A stretch of DNA of 64,000 nucleotides from NCBI GenBank assembly GCA_040954595.2, contig CM082576.2, positions 3,694,760-3,758,759 of the forward strand. Direction: 5' to 3'. Position numbers and translations under genes: made by a program. Of this stretch, positions 18,521 through 30,926 are shown piece by piece. The notes under the pieces are model-generated. The model was not told the DNA's origin. It searched no databases and saw only the letters and a list, made by a program, of their open reading frames with translations. Origin of the DNA: Balanoglossus misakiensis (taxonomy: Eukaryota; Animalia; Hemichordata). Positions within the stretch are counted from its first letter, which is position 1. Each line of letters starts with the position of its first letter.

Positions 18521-19814
18521 TTAGTCCAGCGCCGTTGGTCCGCGATAAACTCTGGGTCGGAGGCACACGCATGCAACGGGCACCGCCTCATGGGTGAACT
18601 TGTACCTGAAGAGAACAAAGAAGCAAAATTAGGAAATACTGTATCTTAAAAGAGGTAACAAATCATGCTGCAAACGTCACTTCGGCCTACGAAATGTGAC
18701 AAAATGTTCTGTAGCACCAAGAGCCAAAGCAACATCGACAAAAGTGAATATCAGCCATTAAATGAAAGGAATTGTTGGAATCCGATATCAACGAAAGATG
18801 TCGCTCTACTTGTCGGAGAAGAGATGGTTGCAGAGCCCCAGTCGTGACAGTCGATTGACACTGTAGAAGTTAAGCGCTGCATAGGACTAATGAAATGTTC
18901 TCCTAAACGTACCTGTAATACCCGTCCTGATCGCAATCGGCGAGCCTCCTCAAAACGCGTACTCGGTAGGTGACTGGTTGGCAATAATTGTCGAGTGAGG
19001 GATTGTGCGATGTGACGTCGATGCAGTTTTGACAACGACACGCGGCAACAGCCATCACTCGTGGAAATCGATCGGGATCGCTGTCTAATTTGAAAGTCCA
19101 CGGGCAAAGTGACCTTTCGCTGATGTCTTCATCCAGAGTGTTGGCCAACTCCAGCGGACACGTAAGATTGGTCGTCACCTTTGCCGTCGGATAGGCGTCG
19201 ATGTTGCCGAATGCCGAATTATTTGACGACCCCGGGCTGTCGTTCAGCGGGTATACAAAAATCGGCGAGTTTTTGTAGCTACCGTCCTTCTGCATGAATT
19301 TGTTGTGGAGCAGTTCTTCCGTTGGCTCCAGACAAGGTGCGGCCCTGACTCCGTTCGCATTTTCGGTTTTCCCGCTCAAACTCTCTTCGGCGAAGCTGCC
19401 TGCCTCGAGTCTTCCCATTTGTGCCGGCTGTGGTCCCAAGTGTGATTGGATGATTCTGACCCCGTCCGAATTCGATCTCTCGTTTGGTAAGATTGGGGTC
19501 GCCCGTGCGCAGTTAAGATAAAACGAAACGAGAGCGATGGATACCAGCAAACGTGTCAACAGCTGAAAAGCGTGCAAAAAAGTCGGTTATTTATACGCAT
19601 TGCAACAAGTGCATGCTGTCTTCAAACTAATTGCGGAAAAACACGATTTACAAAATTCAGATCGGATTAAAGGTGTTTCATTTCAGAGATAGAAGAGGGG
19701 GGAGGGAGGGAGGGAGACACAGAGACATAAATACAAAGACTCTCATACATTTGTTGAGCTACAGTCTGAACGAAAATAATTCGTTGGTGCAGAGTTTATA
19801 CATACCTTATTCAT
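18521..19814 (-). CDS. IL17: Interleukin-17 family cytokine
   Basis: Exons 19814-19806 (MNK), 19562-18913, 18605-18521. Signal peptide LLTRLLVSIALVSFYLNCARA; IL-17 cystine-knot signature RSLCPW..DSDPDRFP..A.CRC..C..CQPV..VLRR..C..Y..VPVACVC. Confidence 0.95.
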
Positions 19815-19895
19815 GTTTGTCCCCGAGACAGTGCACCAGAGTATAGATTGAAATCCTATCCCACGAAAATACTAGAATTTGGCACACTGCGATCG

Positions 19896-19940
19896 TTTAT
19901 ATATCGTCCCCATGCAAAATATTTTCTTGAGGGAATACCC
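19896..19940 (-). promoter_or_regulatory. IL-17 core promoter: TATA box plus near-consensus kB site
   Basis: TATATAAA on the minus strand at 19896-19903, ~80 nt upstream of the ATG; GGGAATACCC at 19931-19940 (one mismatch to the kB consensus). Confidence 0.55.
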
Positions 19941-20920
19941 GGCGATACGAAACATATACCATCACCGCGAGTGTTTCCGTTTCCCCCTATTCTCGTGATG
20001 CCGTGATGACACTTTTGAAAACGGATTCCGACTGTTCATTCCTGATCGTTTTTTATCTATCTAGACGTTATAGATGTTAACTGTTAAAACAGATACCCGA
20101 TCATTGGAAATTATCAACTGCAACAGAGCAGCGGGGGAGGGACAGGCGGGCGGACGGATAAAAATGATTATGGTGGACACGACATTCCGCCTCTTTGGCA
20201 ACTTTATCCATCATCGAATATTGCGGAAATAGCTGGCCAAAGGCATCACGTGACTTAAGCTCCACAACAAGAGCATTGGACCTCGTGATTTACCATGCGA
20301 GTGTCAGCTGAATGACAGCTCGGCAGTTTTGCTTCCCCAGTTTTATCCAAACAAAAGTACCATCATGTGGGGGGGGGGGGGGATCGTCAGCCAATGACGG
20401 ATGATACAGTCAAAGTCTTCACGTTTGTTTTTATTGCATTTATTGAATCGCGATACACCGCAGTTTAAAGTAAAAAAAATATAAGATTGTGCGCTGGTTC
20501 TGATTTGACTGCCCCCGCGACTAATTTCCTCATCAGGTACAATAGGGACTTCGAACCCGCGGCCAGTAGCGAACAAATATCATGCGTCGCAATGTCAACA
20601 CGGATATGGGATGGCTATATTTGGTCGACTGTGTTGTTGGAAATTACACCAATCGTTCCGAGTTCAATAAGAGTTTTCCAAGAGCTCTGGCGCCCCGCCA
20701 ATTGATAATGCGCACCCCAGCGTCATTTCAATCTAGCCTATACGCAGTCGGGTGAAATTTAGAGGTCATGTAATTTTGATCTTTAGTGGTGTATGCCTAC
20801 CTGTAATCTTGAACGATGGCGTCACAGTGATTTTGATGGTAAGAAGATGGTACTGGAACTTGACAAATGTTATTAGACGGTCGTCGGTGGACAATGCAGA
20901 CGTAAACGCAACCGATGACC

Positions 20921-21157
20921 GGTATGCTGGCAGGTACAACAGACGAACGCACGTTCAACCAATACGGACATGAACGGGAACGGTGACTCTGTACCCTGAG
21001 CAACACGCGATCACCAGAAGAACGCTTGCAGAAGAATGGAACCCCCAGATCTTGAAGCACCGGCCTTTTATATGCTTCAATCGCGGTGTCAAAAGCTGAT
21101 TGGCGTAATCAATGTCACCCGGCAGATGCAGCACTTGTAACATGTTAATATCCCGCT
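20921..21157 (-). repeat. Dispersed promoter-like repeat, copy 1 (CCAAT, TATAAAAG, Inr-like)
   Basis: Homologous to 47055-47279; shared blocks include GGCAGGTACAACAGACGAACGCACG, CCTTTTATATG, AAGCTGATTGGCGTA and AACATGTTAATA. Confidence 0.8.
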
Positions 21158-21541
21158 AAAATACCTACTCCAACTTGTAAACACCATGTGCCTGTATCTA
21201 CAATATGTAAATTAACCAAATAAATCATATCGTGACAGCATTTGAGAGCGATGATTTTTAATGCAAGGAAAAAACTTTAGATATTACACAAGTTTAATTA
21301 TAGTATCGGCACTACAATATGCAAAGTACAAATAACCGATTGCATTAAACAAACGTATAAATAAAAAAATGTGAAGGAAGTGTCATCACTATTCTGTCGG
21401 AGATATCGTTGACACTACAGCGAGGTATTTATTTCAGAAAATAAAATGGTAAAAGCACCCGAAGTAAAGGGTAAATAACATCATATTGTAAATGCACAGA
21501 CAATTGCAACTAAATAAAACGAGTCGAGTATAATCGTCCAT

Positions 21542-22725
21542 CTACCGGAGACACATCTGGCACTGCGGCGGGGTAGGGAACCGCGGGACACCTGCAAAGC
21601 CGTTGCCGTACCGCGGTAAACTACACACGACACCGGAATGGAAAGGAAGTGGTGCGGACGGCATGGTCTGTGGAATTTGAGAGAAGCCGATAAAGTCACA
21701 CGACCAATTCAGATCATAACAGGGTTCGATGCGATGGGGTAGTGGTTGCGTCAGTGGTGGTGGCGATGAAACGTGGGATTTCTGGAACATGCATGGCTTG
21801 CCGGGAAACACAAAAACTCGTGATGTCCTCGGAGGATCATCGTTGAGCTCTGTGTCACTGTCTGTGGATGATGATGAACTGTCGATGCTGAGGGGAAGAG
21901 GAATACCGGAACTGCTTGCCTTCTGGTCGTACCCACGCCTTGCCCGTCGTCGTTGGCGGGCACGTGTGTTGCGAAACCAACACTGTAAATTGAAAGACGA
22001 GAGCAATGTCAGAGAGGCGAATTTGACTTGATCAGTTACATGTACTTCTTTAAAAAATGTATTGTCCGAGTTGGGAATTTCTGATTGAAAGAGTACATGG
22101 TTTTCGCTGTAGCTATGAAACAGAAATAAACCGACGTACCAAAAGAAGTCCATAATCACTCTTTACATGCAAATCGCAATAAAACGAAGGTATAACTCAT
22201 ACTGCAAACACACACAGACGGATTACATCGACAGAGTATCAATTGCCTACCTGGACTTGTCTGGTACTCAAATTAAGTATCTCAGCGGTCCTCTTGACTA
22301 GGGGTACGGTTGGGTACCTGGTGTACCCTTCATAAATCGCCAACAGTGCATTCACTTGGGCTTGCGTGAATGCTGGACGACAAACGCGTGGCAATGCAGC
22401 TTCAGTATTTCTGGCGTAACGGTGCTTGTTGGTCATCTCCCCACTGTCTGTAGAAGGTGCGACTGTGTTAAAATAAATGACATTACTGATTAATTTTCCT
22501 GAGGGGAGAGGACATAGCCATTGCATGTGCTGTTAATACTGGCGACGCCGGAGCAGAAACAAGGCTCTCCTACGCCGATTTCTTCAAAGTACGAACGGTC
22601 AGCTCTCAATCAACTCTCAATTACTAGTATTGGAAATGCTTACCTTTCTTTGGCGATGACACCGTGAGATCTATCACTACGGGACTTGTAACTTCAGAGC
22701 GGTTGGACGCGGATCTTTCTGGCAT
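21542..22725 (-). CDS. Divergent PRD-like homeobox gene 1
   Basis: Exons 22725-22644 (MPERS..PVVIDLT..KK), 22447-22251 (FTQAQVNALLAIYEGYTRYPTVPLVKRTAEILNLSTRQVQ), 21982-21542 (CWFRNTRARQRR...). The intron lies between homeodomain codons 46 and 47. TATAAA at 22816-22821 and CACGTG at 22838-22843 upstream. Confidence 0.9.
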
Positions 22726-23329
22726 GATGATGGACTGACTTACAGATACTGCGACGATGTTGATCTCACGATAGACGTTGATCGAATGCGTGTCGATCAG
22801 GATCTGGTGTCTGAATTTATAGAGCTACGCTTCTTTTCACGTGACCGTCAACTTTTGTTCAAAAGAAACTTTTGAAATTAAACAAAGCGATGCCGCCGCA
22901 ACGGCGTGATTGACAAATTATGTTCATTGGGTGCGCCACCTTTCGGGCTCTTTCCCAGAAACTTGCACCTGAAACAAAAGATGTTGCAGCGACAACAGCG
23001 TGATTGACACAGGTCACGAGTGACTATCTGCCTTTCCTTCAAGAAACCTGCACAACGTACGGCGAGACACAACTTCACAAAATACCGCTTGAGGAAATTT
23101 GTGTAAAGCGTTTTCCGACACGTGATGTTCGTGTCCAAATTTCCTGAAAGTCAGGGCGCTTCGGTTAACTTTTTCATGAATGTTGATTTAAAATTTAGTC
23201 ACAACTAATTAATTTTATTTTGAGAACTGACAAAGTGGGTCAGTTAGTCTGTCGATGGCATGCATCTTTAAACAGATTTTAGGAATTCTCGCGCGAAGAG
23301 TCCGTGGCGTGACCATATTACAGGTGTAA

Positions 23330-23500
23330 CTTTGAACAAAGAAATTTGCGGCCGCATGTCCTTTGATCACCCGCCCTCCACTTCAAGACGGTGTGCGCGG
23401 GGCGGGCGGCGCGTTCAAGGAAAACGGTAAATTGACATGTTTGTCAGGGCATAGTGCAGGTGATGTGACAAACTTCTCACACTTTCGATTTTGTGACAAT
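23330..23500 (-). promoter_or_regulatory. Putative enhancer module upstream of homeobox 1 (TCF sites)
   Basis: CTTTGAA at 23330-23336 and CCTTTGATC at 23360-23368; block CCCTGACAAACATGTCAAT (minus strand) has close matches in 32890-33090 and 33490-33680. Confidence 0.55.
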
Positions 23501-24290
23501 GAGTAGGAACCAAGAAAACCACAAAAGGCAACACGGCCCTGTTTGATCCGCCATTGTCTGTACCGACCAAAAACAGGTGTGTCAGTTATGAAGAATGAGA
23601 AAGTGTTTGGCGGTGACGAAAGGATTTGGACAACGATATACGGCAATCAGGTGTGTGAGTTATGAAGAAGGAAAAAGTGGACCTGCTTTTACATTAAACG
23701 CGCAAATGATATGTTTGTAGTTGCGCATTTACATGACATCTTTAAATTGAAGTGATCGAATGTCTGTGAGACTTGTTCACCAGAGTGTCGACAGCAACGT
23801 TATTGACATCGTGGGATCTATCAATGCAGGACGCCGTACTCTAATGCCAGCATATAGGTTGGCGATGTGACAGAGTTAGTTAGAGAACACAGACGCCGTT
23901 TAGTCTTTTCCAGCATCGCAGTTGCATGTTTGACATGCTTTCGTTAGTACACTGTTTATCGCCTTTCCCCACAACCTGCCTGCCAAAACATGATCGAAGA
24001 CATCTCCCATGCCGGTAGTTTTGATTAAAGAACACCTTGACACGTTTTTCAACTTTTTTGTTGTGCTGTGTAGACAGGCCAGCCAAATGTGGGCGAAATG
24101 ATATTTGTGACGAGTTTCAAGACGGTAAGTAAAATAAATTATAATGCAAAACTCGACAAATTCAAAACAATATATACGTTTATTTCACTGAGAAATACTT
24201 AGTACACATAAAATAGAACAATCTTTATGAAAAACATTATACAAAGCGGATAAAACTTAGTGTATATACAAAGCAACTGCTAAGACTGGG

Positions 24291-25419
24291 CTAAAAACGA
24301 TCACATGCGACGTGGCTAAAGGTGACTGGATGGACGGAGCTCAGATCACTGCTGGACAGTGGGTGTGTTATAAACCGCCCGCTGTACTGAATAGCCGGAT
24401 GACAACAGTGACTATTCGGGAAAAGTGGCGAAAACTGGGATCTGGTGGAGACAGGTGGACCATCTGCTGGGCGGCTGGTGGAGTAGTGAGGCGCTGGGGA
24501 TGCGAACCTACACGGGTTGCCGGGAAACTTGAAAGTTGATTGGGGATGCGCAGGTTGGGATGGCGTTGAGTGTGGCAGAGGGACAGAGTCAGCTGATGAC
24601 GGGCGTGTGATGGGTAGGTCAGCTGATGTTGTCTCGAATCGCTGCCTGTGTCTTAGTAGCTCACGTTGCTTACGAGCGCGGCGATAACGTAACCATTCCT
24701 GTAGGAGTAAAAAAAATTGAGGTTAATTAACTGCGATATGAAACATCTCTTCAAAATACACATCAAAAGGGTTATTATCCTTTACAGATAAACTGAGTAA
24801 GAAAGGGATTATTACCATAATAGTGTCTTCTGGCAGTCCTGTCAAATCGGTCAGCAATTCTCGGAGTATCAGAGGGGGATGCTCTGATTGTCTGGTGACC
24901 GCTTCGTCCAATGTCGTCGACTGGCTGGCGGTGACAGGAACGGCGTGGCGGCTTCTTCGTTGCACATCGCGGTGGTACGGCCTGCATCGACTTCCAATGC
25001 GTCGTCTTCGTGGTGTAACTATGGAAATAAAGAAACGAGATGCATTAGAGTATATACAGATCCGATAGTAGCTCATATTCGGGGAGAACCCATAACAAAT
25101 TAGTTGTAGATTAATCCATTCCAAAATCAGCCGACAGTGATATAGATGGCATGGCAATCTTACCTTTCTTCTGTATTGAGCTTTTCGCAAAGGAATCGCC
25201 GGGGTCCTCGGCTGATTCTCTTGGATCGGTGACTGGCGGCGCGTCCCTCGACTCTGAAACTGTCGCATCACTGCCGCTAGATGGCGAACGGTGGTTCTCC
25301 TTTCGCTGACCTCTGCTGAACAGCTCCGGTACCAAACTCACCAGGGGATTATTCTGCGAGAAGCGCTCAGGGTAATAGTAGACTTCTAAAGCGCTGATCA
25401 TCTTGTAACCTGCTTCCAT
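24291..25419 (-). CDS. Highly degenerate homeobox paralog 2
   Basis: Exons 25419-25164 (..KK G), 25018-24816 (VTASQSTTLDEAVTRQSEHPPLILRELLTDLTGLPEDTIM), 24698-24291 (EWLRYRRARKQRE...FKFPGNPCRF...). Same intron phases as the paralogs, the shared FPG(N/K)PC motif, and an open frame throughout. Confidence 0.78.
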
Positions 25420-27061
25420 GCTGATGTTGTCGTTGTCAAGTCAGGACAGAGACTGGTACTGCAGGGGATTCCGACCCCCCCATTTTATGCTCATCCTCAC
25501 TTTCATCTCTCCGTCAAGAGAGTCTTCTTCTTTGTTTACGAGCGAAGGTGGTTATTATGGTGATAAGGCTCCACTGAGGAGAGTTGCCGACTGCAGTCGA
25601 TTCCTTCGCGACAATAGACAACGGAGAAGGCGGTGACACCTATCGGCATCCATTGAATAATTAATTTGGAGAACAATAGAATGGCGGTACCGCCACTCAG
25701 TAACAATGACATTACTATTTCAAGGCGGTGACACCAATTATTTGACAAAACACGATTTGAACCATTTTGCGATAATTGTCAGCGGGTAAACTTTTCTTCT
25801 GAGAACCCGTAAAAGCTATACGAACTCTATGAACTGTGTTGTAAGCGCCGCGTCCGTTGTCCGCTTCAAAACGCTCGCGTTCAACAAAACACCTGTTGAG
25901 TAGTACAACAACATAACATCATGATAACAATTTAATTCTTTACGTCGAATCGCAGGATGTGTACTTTGCATTGATTTATGCGCATTCACTGTAATGCGTT
26001 TGTTATCAGAAATAATACTTTATGAAGTGCGACATATATATTTGTCTGGTTGATACTTGCGTCACTATCTATTTCCGTTAGACTATCAAAATGTGATCCA
26101 CTGTTGTCGGATTAAGATGAATAGACGTAACCGTTATATATCTTTGTTTATTCAAGCAACGCGTGACTGCATGCGCATGACCATTTGCGAGCGACAGACT
26201 CTGCGTACAAGCGGTTTTTGCCGTCGTGGTGCAAAGTCTTTATGTTGAAATAAAGATATTTAGAATACATGTACATGTATATGAAACCAATCTGCTGAGT
26301 GTTGCTGTTCCTCTGCTATCTGGCCCGTCAAATGCAAACCAAGTCGGTTACTGGGTTACTGTACGTATGGTAGCGTTTGTATGAATGAAGGAAAATTTTA
26401 TTGTGTGTGGTAAATGTTCAAGTTTTAGAACTGTGTAAGACAAAGGCAATTGTGGAATCGACCGTACGGAATGTAAACATTTACACCTGGTGGTTTGATG
26501 GTATTTATAGCTGTTTGAAATTAGTCGTTCAGTTGGAATCGATAATGGGTGAAATACTCAAATCAGTGCGAAACTTCTCCGTTCCGTATTCCGAGCTGTA
26601 AAACGGAAAGATATATTTTCGGGATCAGGCTTGCTCCAAACAACCTCTGTTGTATCTGGCTTTTCTGCCACCAATTTTAATTATCTGGATTGTGTTGACA
26701 CAACAAAATAAGTATTACTGAAACTTGAGACGGAAGAGGACCAAGTACAGACGAACTCAAAGACTCGTGGAGTCGCAAGTCTGTCAAAACATGTAACGCC
26801 TGTTCAAAACACTGCACTACTCTCATGACGTCAAATTCCACGAAATCATCAATTACCAATTTCTGACATGCGAAATATCACCCAATTCTTGCTACGGATA
26901 ATTTGTTCAGCGTAACAGGAAGTCTGATTGGTGTTGCTTGAAACAGCCTTGACCAATGATCGCGTTTTGCGAGCGACTACAGGGTATATATAGGCGTCGT
27001 GTTCTGATAAATGCAACGAGGACCAGTAACTGCTGGACCCAAGCTGAGATCTGTCGACTCC

Positions 27062-28652
27062 ATGACGCTGATGATGATGATGAAATCTCGGGTTCTGCTC
27101 GTCGTCGCTTGCCTGTACTGGTTGTACACAGGGTAAGTGGCATACTCGGCCAACAGTCAAATTTAAATACAAGGATAGACTCTTCCTCACAGAATTTTTT
27201 TGTACAAGCTGGGTTCGTTTCAACAACCCATGCAGTTGCGCATCATGGGATACAGCAAAAGATAATTACGCAATTATTTCTATTATTTGCTTCTCATATC
27301 TTGTTTGCGTTGGTCAAAGGACACGCCGTGTGGCCAGCAATAACACTGCGCGAAGAGGTTGCCCGGCTGTTAGCGGACTAGTATTATAATGTAGTGGTGA
27401 AAGAGGTGGTTTGGGATGAGATGTTGTTCGTAGACTGTGTTTATTCCTCTGTCAGCTGTGTTATGGTCTACACTCACTCCTTTATCACACCTGGTGTGGT
27501 TGGGTGGAGAGGGGAGGTTTGGAGGGTTCTGTGAGTTCTATCCAAATACATGTGCAGTGACATTACCAACCGCACCGTATGTCGTATGCTTTTACTGCTT
27601 TAATATCTAAGGCGATGTTGACTGACTGCTTGATCCCCTTGATACGTCAATACAAGTTGATCTTATTGCATAGTAGTAACACATAGACCAGAACTGAAAT
27701 GACCATAGCAGACATGGTGTATAGTCAACTTGATTCAGAGCTTCAGAAACAGGCGAACACATATAGGGCCTACGTTCACCAGCTACAGATGTCTAAGCTA
27801 ATACCCACCCCTCCCCATCACTGTCCCACCCCTCCCCACCTTTCTCATTGAACCATACATAGTTCCTCTGACAAAACACTGCGTCGGAGAGTCCCCGCAC
27901 CTGGTCAAAGCAACGCGACGGAACAAGGTGGGAAATCACACGTTTATATGTGCATAACATTAGCGCACAATAGCCCCGTTATTGCGCGACGGACGGGTCG
28001 CCTTTGATTGCTAAGATTGATTCTGAAGCCTGTACCTGTGATTGTTGTTGTTTTTGTCCTGTGATTTTGTACGACAAAAACCGTACCATGCGGCACGTAT
28101 AAACGTTGCTATGCATGCACGTTTGCCAGATGGTTTGGGGTTTGTCACAAAATGAAATACGTCATAGGTAGAACAGAAATTCGACAATGGGCTAAGTGTG
28201 CAAATTGCTTGAACATACTGTGGAGGCATTTGGGCAGCCGGTGCAAAATCATGAATTCTTTCGCAATATGCAATTAATTAACTACATTCTAGGGATGAAA
28301 ACTATTGGGCAAAAAGGAAAGAAAGAATTTACAAGTTATGTACAAGATTTTTGAAATCTTTTTTTTTCTCGCTGACAGTGCCGCTGGTTGTCGAGAGGTT
28401 ATAAGGAACGTGACACAGTCGGAACAAGTTACCGAAAGATGTGGACCTCATGATTTGAGACGATGCATTCGTTATCGGTAATGCGTTATTATTTTTCTGA
28501 TATTTCATTCAATAATAGTGACTCGTTCTTTTATCACTATATCATTGATGTTTACGCTGACACACTGATGAAAATGTTGTGACGAGCGATTTTACGCCAG
28601 AGTTAACTCTCTGCTCGATATAAATTAAGTCGTTGATTGATGTTCACTAATC

Positions 28653-28724
<72 letters not shown>

Positions 28725-30506
28725 GACACTGTATCTCACAGGCCGATTATTAAACCTATCAAACAGTACGTTGACTGTATTCCAGGTATGCCTCATTAAT
28801 CAAAACGTCCTAAGGTCTAAGGTGGTGGTAGTAGTGGTGGTATTATAATTAGTAGATTTCAAGAAAAAAAATATTCACGACGTCCAAACATTTTTTACCA
28901 AAATTGAAACGCTGGTCTATCTTATTATTACGAAGGAAACATAACAAGAAACGGCCAGATCAAGATGATCTCCTAGACTGAGCGCATTGCCTATGACCCT
29001 TCGAAGGCAGTGCACCGGACCGCCCAAGTCCAGTTGATCTCCTTGCCAAAACAGCACATCAGACCAAACACGATTACGTGTAAACACGAGTACTTTGTAC
29101 AATGCGCGAAGTGTTTTAGTTGTTTCATACACTTTCAGCTGTGTCGAAAGTAATGTAATACTTTACACTGACAGAATGCAATGGTCAATGGACACAGTTC
29201 TTCGACCGAGACAACCCAAGTGTAACAGGAGACTGGGAGACCCTAGACTCTTTGCAGGCAGCGTACCCGGGTCAAATATGTGACAACCCGTCAGCGATAT
29301 ACGCCGAAACTACCGACGGCGTGCCGGCCGAGCTGACGGGAGAAACGTTTGCAGCGTATGACGTACAAACTGGCTTCGTCTGCGTCAAGAATCAGCAACC
29401 TGACGGCGTCTGTCTGGACTACAGGGTAAAGTTCTGCTGTCGAGGTAAGGTGGAAGTTTCAAGTAACGGATTTCGAGACAAGATACAACGCGCATGCAAA
29501 ACTAATTATCGTTTACTCAGTGCAGAATACATAGCTCAAAACTAGCATCAGATAGCATCAAGAGCGCTAAACTTATAAGTACATTTGAATCTCAAATAAA
29601 GGCGGTAGCTGACCTTTGAGGAACATTTAAAAATTGGTAACCATACTCTATTATAGACAGTAGTAATAATTATGCGTGCTGGGTTCTTTGTGTGTTCTAC
29701 TATACTAGATTGCGATGGAATGATGACCCAATTTTTCGACCGAGACGACCCTTCTGGTTTTGCGGATGCAGAAACTCTGCAACATTTGAGGCCTGAGAAT
29801 CCGGGCAAAATTTGTGAAAAACCAACGGCGATTTATGCCGAGACGCTGGCTGGCGTACCGGCAGAATCAACTGGGGAGATATTTTCACCCTACAATCCAG
29901 TGAGTGGGTTTGGCTGTCATAACAGCCACCAACCCGATGGTCAGTGCATGGATTACAGAGTTCGCTTTTGTTGTCCAGGTAAGCATTAGCGTTATTCTGG
30001 TTACCGTGGAACAACAGCGCCATCTGTGTGGGAAACATGGAGAAAGTCGGTGTCTTGTCGGCCTGACAATATATGCCACATTATAGTGGACTTCTTGCCA
30101 AATCCGGCAACTTCGATTGTAACTTCTATTACCAATGGTGATCAGAATGCAGAGTAAGGCTAAACGGTGAAATACCTTTTCTTTTCTCACAGCTAAAAGC
30201 TGCACACACTGGACACCGTGGTATGACAGGGACAACCCGTCTGGCACCGGTGACTGGGAGACTCTCAGTGACCTGCGCGAGCAATATCCGAACCAAATTT
30301 GCCGAGACCCAACCGGACTACAGGTGCGCGTCAAGCTTACCGGACAGATCGTGTCTCCCAGCGACGGCAATTTCTATCGCTTCGATACACAGTCTGGTTT
30401 CGTCTGTCGCCTCGTCGACCAGAGCTGTAAGGACTATGAAGTCCGTTTCTGTTGTCCGCGGTTTACTTCTGGTGTCCTTTCTGAGGCGGACTACCTTAAA
30501 GTTTAG
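27062..30506 (+). CDS. Secreted protein with three mucin WxxW/CysD domains (CILP/mucin-like) and a short Cys-containing N-terminal module
   Basis: CCAAT at 26953 and TATATATA at 26985. Exons 27062-27132 (signal peptide), 28379-28477, 28742-28785, 29175-29444, 29709-29978, 30193-30506. Each domain reads WT.(W/F)(F/Y)DRD.PS..(G/A)D.ETL..L..P..IC..P..GF.C..C.DY.V(K/R)FCC (first W replaced by M in domain 2). Phases are consistent (2,2,1,1,1). Confidence 0.85.
28655..28721. repeat. (CT)n microsatellite
   Basis: Pure CT run. Confidence 0.99.
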
Positions 30507-30926
30507 ACAATGTCATGTATCAGTCCGCATGGACTTTCAGAAATAAAGTTACATGCTTTGTCGCCATACAGCATGCCTAATAATAAAATTAGATGATTGC
30601 ATGTACTACAGAAAATGGTCTGTTGTAAGTATTGTGTTATCCCATGGTCACTCCGACAAATCCAAACATGTCGTTCCATAAATGTGCACGCGAATACATA
30701 GATACATACATATACACCGTCATCCACTCGCACGACTCATTGACAAACACAAGCTCATACATCATGCCTAAACACCGACAAAATAGCTCCCGTACTTTCA
30801 TATAAATTTATTTCAGGTAAAAATAGCAAATAAATAAATAAATAATTAAATAAACAACCAAACAAAACATCAAGGAAAAAAACTCCAAAGCGAAAAAGCG
30901 GGTACAATCGTCCTCGGCTACTGGCG

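Noticed and set aside
20868-21202. Formal solo-LTR call for the promoter-like repeat
   Set aside because: TG...CA ends can be found, but there is no target-site duplication or poly(A) signal, and the ends are not shared with copy 2.
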